From Bugula neritina (Eukaryota > Animalia > Bryozoa), in NCBI GenBank assembly GCA_964035545.1, contig OZ037769.1, positions 11,066,633 to 11,130,632 on the forward strand: a stretch of 64,000 bases of DNA, given 5' to 3'. The notes beneath the pieces were generated by a model. It ran no database searches, was not told where the DNA came from, and was given only the letters and a program-made list of their open reading frames with translations. A program made the translations under genes and the position numbers. Every line of letters begins with the position of its first letter. Within the stretch, counting starts at the first letter, position 1. Positions 53,801-64,000 of this stretch are shown piece by piece.

Positions 53801-56800
53801 GTTTATATTAGTTCAGTATATTGAATACTGGGGGATTGTCAGAAAACTTACTACTAACTTAACTTCCTATGTTGTACTTATTGTTCCCCTTTTGTGTATC
53901 TCAAGGTTGGAGCCTACTATTAACCCTTTCATGAAACTCATTACTTCTAAAATTACATAATTTGTCAGATGTTGGGGTTTTCTACAAACTTTTAGTAGAT
54001 AATTAAGTTGCTTAACCCTGTTGGTTTCAGGCTAAGAGAGGCAATAGTAGAAAAGTTGTGTTGGACATTCTGATTTTACTGTCAAATCACAAACTTACTT
54101 TAGGTGTTTATACACATGAAATATTCAAGCATTTGATGAGATTTGGTGGTCAAAAACTTAAACTACTTTTGCTGATACAGAATATTTTGTTTTTTGAGTT
54201 TTTAGTGCAACAGGTTAGCTAGTTGCTTATTACTGCATGCCTTATAATCACTAGTATTGGCTAATTCTAAACTAAATGGTCGTGTCTTCAAAATATGAAA
54301 AAAAAGTTTAAGCAACTGCAATGAAGATACTGGTAGACGAATTAAAGACGTCCACCCCTTGTTTCAAGTTACCATAATTCCTGGCCTAATGTACCATGAT
54401 GTGACTTTATCGTTAAATGTTAATTCTTAAATTCTCATGTTGGCTGCAATTTAGTTAGGATAAGAGCAAATTCACAGTTTAGCTATCATAATAATTACCA
54501 AATAGCTACAATGTTAGTATTCATGTCTAATTTTTAGTTAAATTATTTTATTTGAAAGTGTTTTAGCCGTTAGTATTAAGCATTCTGCAGTCAGGTAGCG
54601 TATTTGCTATTTTACTCAGTTTTTTCCAGAGTTTCTAATAATTTCGAGCACATGCAACAAAATATTCTCAGCAAAATGTTTGCCTATTATACGAATGCAG
54701 CTATACATAATATTTATAAAAAATATTTATTTCCCAATGATTTTAAATAACTGCATCCAGTAGGGAGTTGTATAAGTATACTAAGTAAAAAATATTGATT
54801 GGCATCTTTTGGAATTACACTGAATTGTTAGTCTTAGATACGAAGAACCAGTGTAGCATTGGTGCTACATGCCTTTTTTAAACCCTAAAACTAGTCGCTG
54901 CTTTGAAAATTTCTCAAGTAAAATAATGCAGTTGGAAATATATTGTTCAAGCAATGGGTGACTATCAAAATCTAAACTTCATGCTAGTCATATAATTTGA
55001 CTAGTATACCCAACAAAAGTAGAGTAAGGCATGTATAGCAAAGTTTTCAACTTCAATTTTTACCAACTTTGATCATCATTTCTTGTGATTTCCATTAGAT
55101 ATATTGTGAATAAAGCTTGATGTATTATATCTGCTACAGGGTTTAATATTTAGTAACACAAGCAAGCTGCAAGCATTTCATAATATTGTCTCCTATTTTA
55201 AAGTTTATGTTGTAGTGACAGAAGACTGAAAGTTCAGCTATTATACTCAGTCAGTTGAAAAAGGTTTCTCACAATTACTATAAACTCTTGTACTGAAACA
55301 ACACTAAACCCAGAAAAATTGAACAGCCTAAAGATTTTGCTTTATTGTACAGTATTTGAGGGTAAAATTTTTCAAAATATTTGCTGCACTGCAGAATTTA
55401 TAAATAGGAGAGTGCTTTTGAAGTTACAGTCAAATAGGCTAATTCTAGGATCTTTGTATGAAGTTCAAACTAAAGTACCCCTCTTGGCAGCTATTTTTTA
55501 AGAAATTTAAAACCCCTAAGTTTCCTCATTAAAAATTATTATGAAGATCAAAAGAAACTCAACCCAAAACCAGCTATTACCCTTTGTATAATTATAGAGA
55601 TGTGTTCTGCCTTTGGGCCTTAGTAGAAGTAGTTTGCAAGAACAGATAATTTTCTCTGTTACTAGCAGTATATAAATGGGAGATGTTGTCAAACTTGCGA
55701 TTCTACCACTGGAAAGTTACAGTTCAGCTAGGTGATGCTTGCTGAGAAACCGCAGTACTTTTAAATACTATAACTAAATACTATATTGTTAGAAAAATGC
55801 TTGTTTCTACCAAAAACAATAATAAAAAGTTGAGCAGAAAGTTGGAGAGAACAAAAGGTATGTATCTTCTTAGGTAGAATGCTATTTAATATTAATGCAG
55901 TTTCAACTGTTATTAATGGACAGTCAATTTTATGAGAACATGGAAAATTAATTTTCTTCATGTAAAAACGTAGCCTACTAAAAACATGAACGTCTATTTA
56001 AAATAATTTTATCATCAAACTGCATAATTTAATTATAGTTTTAGTATCAAACATTTGAATTTCAGTTTTAATTTTGACAATAGGAGAAATAAAGCTATTG
56101 GATAATGAAAGTGACAATGAAGGTATAGAGAAATTATACATGAGGAGAAATCTTCAGGTGTATATCATCAAGCAATACAGACACTGTGTAGCAGTTGTGT
56201 TCTGGGGTTCTATAAACTCAGACAGTGTATGTAAATGTTTTATATAGTACTGCAAATGATGCCGAAAAGATATTTATATCAGCTGCTTAAAAATTAGGCT
56301 GCTTCAAATTCAGACCCGCATACTTCTATAATAGCTTCAAAATATAGATGCTAATATTACAACATACTGCTTAATTTTATATTGCTTTAAAGTGAATTCA
56401 TTTCTATTACTTAAAAAAAGTAGATGTAAGTAAATAGATAGTATACCTAAGCATATTATGCTCTGCAATTAATCTTTTGTAGTTGTGAGTTTACCATAAA
56501 CTATTATTAAGTTTTTACTTGTTTTCAGCAAACAATGAGTGGTGGAAATAAAATGTGAGTATCTGTTACGAAAAGCCTACCTTGGCTTTTCATCTCAGAC
56601 ATTTGTGGTATAATTTAGACAACATTGCATAATAGATCTAAAGAGTTTAAAAGTGTAAAAATATTATGTATAAAAAGAGTCAATGGTGGTTTTATATTGT
56701 ATGAATTGTTAAAATAATTTTAATTTAAAAGTAATAAGTTTAAATAAAATTGAGGACTCAGGACTTTTATTAGTGAAATGTTTGATAAGGAACTTTCATG

Positions 56801-58677
56801 ATTTGAATTAATGTATCATTATAGCAAGGTGGCCAATTGAGGAGTAGCAAGCTTTTAAAAAGCTCTTTACTGGGAAAATATTTCCATTAAAGAGCAGCTT
56901 GATGAGCTTGTGAAATGCATTCCCACAAGGACCAAGCAGCAAATACGGGAAAAAATGTAAAATTATGCTATCGGAGAAAGCAGAAGTATCTCAACTAGTT
57001 GCTTATGTTTTCAGTATCTTTTGTTGTAACTAGTTTTTGAAGTAGCATTTTAGCACCTTATGAAATTGTCAATTTTTCCTATGATAATTTGAGTTGACCA
57101 ATAAAACTGTTCTTGTTTGGCTTGACTCTGCATATGATATTGTATACACCACCTAAGTTTATGGAACCACATAAGTGGGTATTATGTGCACAAATGCCAC
57201 ACAAGTTGGGTACTATTTAAATAAAGTGCTTAGACAATTTTTAATAAATCATTTTTAATAAGAATATTTAGAATAAATAATGTTGTTTAGCTACTATCAA
57301 TGTATTTACTTACTAATTATACTGGTTTTATTCAGAAATGGCTGGATATCACAGTAGTGTTAACTTAGGTGGTGCTATAAACACCACCTAAGTTTATGCA
57401 GCCACATAAGTGGGTATTATGTGCACAAGTGCCACACAAGTTGGGTACTATTTAAATAAAGTGCTTAGACAATTTTAAATAAATCATTTTTAATAAGAAT
57501 ATTTAGAATAAATAATGTTGTTTAGCTACTATCAATGTATTTACCTACTAATTATACTGGTTTTATTCAGAGATGGCTGGATATCACAGTAGTATTAACT
57601 TAGGTGGCGCTATAAACACCACCTAAGTTTATGCAGCCACATAAGTGGGTACTATGTGCACAAGTGCCACACAAGTTGGGTACTATTTAAATAAAATGTT
57701 TAGACTATCTTTAATAAATCGTTTTAATAAGAATATTTAGAATAAATAGTGTTGTTTAGCTACTATCAATGTATTTACCTATTAATTATACTGGTTTTAT
57801 TCAGAAATGGCTGGATATTACAGTAGTGTAAACTTAGGTGGTGCTATAAACACCACCTACGTTTATGCAGCCACATAAGTGGGTATTATGTGCACAAGTG
57901 CCACACAAGTTCGGTACTATCTAAATAAAGTGCTTTGATTATTTTTAATAAATCATTTTTTACGATAATTTTTTTAAATAAATAATGTTACTGTTTACCT
58001 ACTGATAATGTATTTACCAACTTTTTATACTAGTTTTATTCGGAAACAGTTGGATATCACAGTAGTGTAAACTTAGGTAGTGCTATAAACGCCACCTAAG
58101 TTTGTCGAACCACATGAGTGGGTATTATGTGCACAAATGCAACTCAAGTTTGACTAAATTGCTTATTTTAGTTTTAGCTAATACGGATAATGTATTTGCT
58201 GTCTTTTCATACTAGTTCTATCGAGAAACTGCAAGGTACCACAACTACATGAAGAAAAAAATGTTGAATTTTTGCATGAAAGTCATATACGAACGCTTAA
58301 AAGTAGTGAATAAGGCATTATTACTTCAACAATAACATAATTTGTCAAAAATAATGTACAAGCAAATTATCAAAACCATAACCAACTTGAGTGGCAGTTT
58401 GCAATGTGGGAGGATAACTTCCAAATCTAATGTAGACTAACATAGGTGGTGCTGCCACCCAAGTGAGTTGGTTATTAGAAACAAGAAAAGAGGGGGATAA
58501 CTTCTCATATCAAATATAGACCCACTTGTGTAAAGCATGCTTAAAACATGTTTTACACACTTTGAGACCAATTTAGAATATTTCTGAGAAAATTTACTTA
58601 GGTGGTGGTATAAGCACCACCTAGGTTTATGACGCCACACAAGTAGGTACTATATAGACATCTGCCACCTAAGTTGG
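50878..58677 (+). mobile_element. Candidate decayed tyrosine-recombinase (Crypton-like) element
   Basis: 17/18-bp inverted match between 50878-50895 and 58660-58677; a 23-bp identical direct repeat outside both ends; frameshifted recombinase-like and Myb-like peptide remnants in plausible order. Family assignment is inference. Confidence 0.5.
57146..58150 (+). repeat. ~235-bp tandem repeat, 4+ copies, with a 13-7-13 palindrome at each junction
   Basis: Unit starts at 57146, 57381, 57616, 57850 and 58089; AACTTAGGTGGTG-CTATAAA-CACCACCTAAGTT at 57362-57394. Confidence 0.92.
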
Positions 58678-61361
58678 GTACTATCTGACTACTGTTATAT
58701 ATACAGTATATGGTGCATACATACTGTATATATAAAACTATTTTACAAAGTCAATACAATAGATGAAGACAAACCTGATAGGTACAGAAATTTTTTCACC
58801 GTTCATCAGAGTACAGTTTTTCTATCTCACTCTGGTCACTCTCTGTCAGCATTTGGAAGCAAGTTTTGAGCATGCTAAAATTCATAACTCTCATTAAATC
58901 AATGATGATGCATTTCTGTTTAATTAATTTTCTATTTATAACTTTTAAAGGAAGCATCTCACGTACTGTAATATGTCAATGGATATATAATAATTAAGGC
59001 CCATGACATATAAATTGATAATATCTTGAGCATAATATACTTGTGTACTCTGCCACTTCTAAATTGACTTTATACTGTAATCAGTTTATTACTAATATGG
59101 ACATCATTTTCTACAGTGGGTTTTAGGTGCCAAAACCTTTTCTTATTTACAGTAATAACCTGTAACTGCTACAGTTAATTAATAATTGAAAAGTCACTGC
59201 AAGACTTTGCAATGCTTCAAGTTAATAATTTACTTTTGCTATCTATATTAAAAAGTTGTTTTCTTACTATACTTATGTTTTCAAAAGCACAATTTCTTCA
59301 CAGCTTATAGGCTTATACAAGTTTAAAAAAAGTATATTGATGTTTTCATAAATATATGCATGCATAGATTATAAAAGATTCTCACACCATTAGGTAAATA
59401 TAATGTGGTAGTTAACTGTTAAAACGTGGTTATTTTATAACCTTGTGAATTTTAACTTAATGTATCACTAAGCCATATTGCAGTAGAGGAAAACAAACCT
59501 GCTAATACTGCAGAATATACCTACATCCTGTTTGACATGGCAGTCTCTCTGCTCTCTTCCGGTCCCTGATTATGAGCATCTGGCTGTAAGATTATAGTAC
59601 AGGCAGTGGTCAGAGTGTGGGGGTCCTCAAGGACGTGCTGTACCTCTGCTATGTTCTTGGAGAGGAGTTCCTTAAACTTATAGACAAACCCTTCTCCCCC
59701 ATAATATTTTATGACATAGCGTATGAACAATTACTTATTGAATGGTGACTAATTGATAAAAAGCAGTGATCTGAAGCTCCATGTTGAAAGTCAAAGCAAA
59801 TTAGTTACTGATACCTGTTTAACTGCATTACTTACCTGTTTACCTTACTCACCTGTTTACCTGACTCACCTGTTTGCCAGACTTACCTGTTTGATTTTTC
59901 AGGTTTAGGCCCGTTATTTATTCATGTTTTATTTTCGTGTAGAACTTAAAAAGTTTGAAGACTTCCTAAAAGACTTTATTTATGCAGTTTTAAAATATTC
60001 ATATATTATATTTTAGCTATCATCTAGGGTTGTACGCTCTAGCATTGCTGCTCTATAATACACTTTTTGCATCGAATTAATTTGAGATTTTTGATGACGT
60101 TTCTATAGTCTGCTCCGAAGTTTGCAATGTTGTAAAGCTAATGGGAATTATTGCTGACTAATCTTAGCCGCTGCAACACACATGAAGTTGAACCACTGAG
60201 CTGGCTCAAAAGTTTGATTTTTAAGCATTTGTGTTCTATTTTGAAAATTGACAATTGATCCAATATTCAATCTTTTGTTTTCTAGTTTAGTTTATTTTAT
60301 TAATAATTGAAATTGCAGCTCTAGATAAAAAGACAATATCAAAAACAATGCTATTGATAGTATAAGAGGGTACTTCGCTGTTTTCCCCAGTATTTCATTT
60401 TATAAGACTTATAGAAAACTTAAGCCCCCCCCCTCTCCCCCTGGCATTTGGTTGCTGAAATTAGTGTATAGTCAATTTTTAAGATTCTCTGTATTCTGTA
60501 AATAAAGCTAGTTTTCTTTCACAGGTTGTCTAATTACATCAATTAAATAATTACAAAATGTGCTCAATTGATTTATGCAATTATTAGTTTAAGTACCAAA
60601 GAAGGATTTTGATTTTAGCCGAGAGTTGAGTTGGTAGCCTTCAACTAACGGCCTTGACATTTTTACGCAACAAATTTTCAAAAGAGGAGTTGTCACTTTA
60701 CTTCAAAAGCAAATTTAATATGGTAAATAGATTTAGTTATTTTTAAAGTGTAGACATATTTTAAAATAAATTGAAATAATTTTTTGTACACTTATTTCAA
60801 CTGCTGGTGTGTGAAGCATTTTATATGATATTTAAACTGATTATTTGAAAATAGATTGACAATTTGTCTATATTATTGTGAATATCGTTTCATCACACCT
60901 TTCATATCAATTGATATTACTATTTCAGAGCACAAGACAAGAATGTGGTATCGACAATTGTAAATATTTATATGAGCGATAAGTTTGATTATAAAAATAT
61001 GTAATATAATTTTGCTCTAAATAATTACATCCGTTGTACATTCATTTAACTATCCGGCACATCCCGTGACTTTGGGCCTTCAGTATGACTATATGATGCA
61101 GTATATATAACAGGTTTCTTGAAATATAAACATCTGTAATAAGTTAAAAAGAATATAAGAATAGTTAAATTCCTCATTCATAGCCTACTGGCACATGCCA
61201 TGATGATGGGACATGTTTGACTACCACCACCCAAAACATTCAACGGTACAGGTTATAAGGAACTATTAGAATATATATACAGAGACTAGTTGGTGTCATT
61301 AGGTATGAGAACCAGGATCTTTCACTTGTTACTTAAATAGAGAGAAGACAACTCTCTGATT

Positions 61362-63739
61362 TCAAGCAGATCTGGGAAATATAGTTGCTAAGGAAACTAT
61401 GATAGATAATACATACAAAACAAAGAATAATCTATCTAAAACCAGTGCTATAGCCCTCCACTCTGCCTTAATCTTGTCTAGTGATTCTTTGTATTTCTGT
61501 TTGCACATTATAGTTTTGAGATATCTTTTTATTTCCTTGATGTCCGTTTCTAGAGTTTGATGCAAGTGTAGAGGTGACATATCAGGTGACAGATCAGCAG
61601 GAGCGGCTGCAGGCGCAGACAGCACCCTGGAAGTCGGCAGCGCTGTCCCATTAGTCTTACAACTACAAGGGTGGCTGTTGGGCACTTCTTTTATCTGGTA
61701 TTTGTTGTATTTCAGCTCTTTGATTCTCATCCTTTTATAGTCTTTGCGAGCTTTCTGGTCTTCTAATTTTATAGCCTCATAGATGTTTTGAGACTTTTCT
61801 TTTGGTATGTAGTTACTCATACATAGGATTCTAGCCAGACTCACTATCACAGTCTAGAAATACAAGAAACCAAGTCTAAAATATTGGCTAGCTCGTAAGT
61901 TTTATATTTAAGAGAGTTAATGTTTTGGAGAAAGAACAAAATGGAGCACTGCTGTACGTTGACATTACTTAGTAATGTTCACATTGCACTACAGTAATAA
62001 CATGTGTTTTACAATTATAATCAGCTAGATTCTTCTGCTATCATGAAAATCAAATCACCTACATGCAAACACACACACTATAAAGCACATCAACACACAG
62101 CAAAACACACCAAAGCACACCAAAGCACAGTAATAACATAAAAACCCACAGCATTGTGTATGACAGTCATTAGAAAACCTAAGCTATAAAAAAACTTGTC
62201 AGGTAAATATAAACCATGCATTTGTGTTTTATATATTTGTAATAATATTTATGCATCTTCCATGTTTGATGCGATTAAATATGAGAGAACGTGTCTTTTT
62301 TATTCAGCTTTTTCTAAACCAGATTTAAACTCCAAATAGTCTTATACATCTACATTAAACATCAAGCAGCTATCTGATTGGCTATTGGCTTTTACAGAAG
62401 AATTCTATTGGTTGTATAACTTTGTAATTAATTAATTCTCTACAAAATTCTATATCTTCCAGATGATCAGCTGAAAAACAGTGAGCTGTGATATGGAGTT
62501 GTCTACCAATGGTAACAAATGACTAGAATACTAATCATATAGTCTTCTAGATTCTGACCTTCCTAAGCCAAGTTGGAACTCTGTTAGTTCTGTCTCCTCT
62601 GAAGTAAAGGTGGATCACTATCACTGCCAGGAAGGTTGAGAGAGTAATCATAATCATGTTGAGACAGTAGTATGCACCTAGAAGTACATTATAGCAATCT
62701 AAACATATGCATAATATAATCATATGCTAATAGTATGTACCGAAACTTATAGAATCAAAGAAAATACGAATCCAGTTCGTGCAATTGTATGAAAAAAACT
62801 TATGCTAAAAATATTGAAAAAAGCGTTGAAATCCCAAAACCAAAGTCAGATTAAATCTGATCAACTCAATGTACCAAGAGCTAAATAATCAGTTTCAAAT
62901 CATGTAACCATCACTGTTTGGGCCCAGGTCTACAGCTTGCCTTATAAAAACCCTTATCAAGACCTTTTACAAGCATCATGACCACCATTGCAAGTGCTGA
63001 TATATTGTCAATAATATTGTGTAATAATATATTACAAACTTTGTTACGTAATAAGTAGTATATGAGAGTATACAAATAGCTTTTGTTACCTATGAGTGGT
63101 ATGGAAGAAGCTGCGGGTGGTGTATTTTCAGTTAGAAGTAATAGTAATAGGAAAAACGCCACAAATATATTCATTCCTAAAATAAACAAATCATAAAATA
63201 TTATAAGTTCACAAAAAGATTACGATCAGGACTAGATTACAAATTCCCCAGTGCAGAAAATTACTTTCCATATGACACTTTTCAACAACCTAATTTTGTG
63301 CATTTTATAAAAGACTGTACATCACAACTTACATGCTTGCCCTATAACTGCTTCAAGTTATTTATTCAAAAATTAGCCTTACTCCTGTTTTTTTCTTTAG
63401 TCTATGCAGGCCATACACATATTTCCTTTTTTTTTCTACACATGAACTTTTTCCACAAGTTGTTTAAGCAAACTTATCATAATATACTCAGATTTACGTA
63501 CATTTACCTTTGCCGAAACTACTATTAGCAGCTAGTTGACAAAACTAGCTAGTTGCACAATACAACCAATGGGTGGTATATTTATCTCCAATATTATGTA
63601 CAGCATTAGTTAAATAGGTAGACATTGACTAACCTAGCTGCATCTTAGCAGGGGACTCTGGAGGTAGCCAGAAGAGCACCATTGTAAGGAGAGATAGCAG
63701 GACACACGGTAATACTAATATGTAACTGTAGAAAGCCAC
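61362..63739 (-). CDS. Nicotinic acetylcholine receptor subunit, anion-selective type (M1-M4 exons; 5' part beyond window)
   Basis: Exons 63739-63634, 63176-63090, 62677-62559, 61853-61362: FYSYILVLPCVLLSLLTMVLFWLPPESPAKMQLGMNIFVAFF...IPLIGAYYCLNM...EWRAIALVLDRLFF. Confidence 0.92.
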
Positions 63740-64000
63740 CTACAAACCAGCAACAGCTCATTAACTGAATTTGTCACGTGGAATTCTCACATGTACAGAC
63801 AACTCCTACACAGTTATTGGGTGAGTCAGAATTGAGTTATGCCAGCAGACGGACCTGGTAGAAAGTAGAACTCATTGTCATCATCTATTACGTATACAAA
63901 ATTGAGCTCGTGGAGTAAATATGGTGTAGTTAGTTAGCTTAACCACCAGTAAGTGCGATAAATATATAGTGTATTCAGTTAACTTAAACACCATTGAGCT

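Noticed and set aside
57146-58150. CRISPR-like appearance of regularly spaced palindromes (also the 59-bp array at 24343)
   Set aside because: Intervening sequences are near-identical rather than unique spacers; eukaryotic context; no cas genes.

Overview
AT-rich, intron-containing animal genomic DNA, probably a lophotrochozoan invertebrate (inferred from the anion-type nAChR and the intronless rhodopsin-like GPCR cluster). All gene models were spliced by hand. Host genes: a short LPCAT-like acyltransferase (-, 566-6405); a DLGAP/GKAP-domain gene (+, ~14129-36812) with a probable alternative first exon; RPL23 (-, 37612-40313); three tandem intronless GPCRs (-, the third frameshifted); and the 3' half of a nicotinic receptor subunit with an anion-selective M1-M2 signature (-, runs off the window). 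Mobile DNA: a structurally complete 5.4-kb PIF/Harbinger element (TAA TSD, 15-bp TIRs, intact DDE transposase, MADF gene with one stop) in the large DLGAP intron; a decayed CR1/L2-type LINE; a young 5'-truncated RTE with a 16-bp TSD; two tRNA-derived SINEs; and a 217-bp solo-LTR-like insert. The most unusual structure is a ~7.8-kb segment (50878-58677) next to a (TA)n tract. It is bounded by inverted repeats, carries decayed tyrosine-recombinase-like and Myb-like coding remnants, and ends in an array of 13-7-13 palindromes, making it a candidate Crypton-like element.
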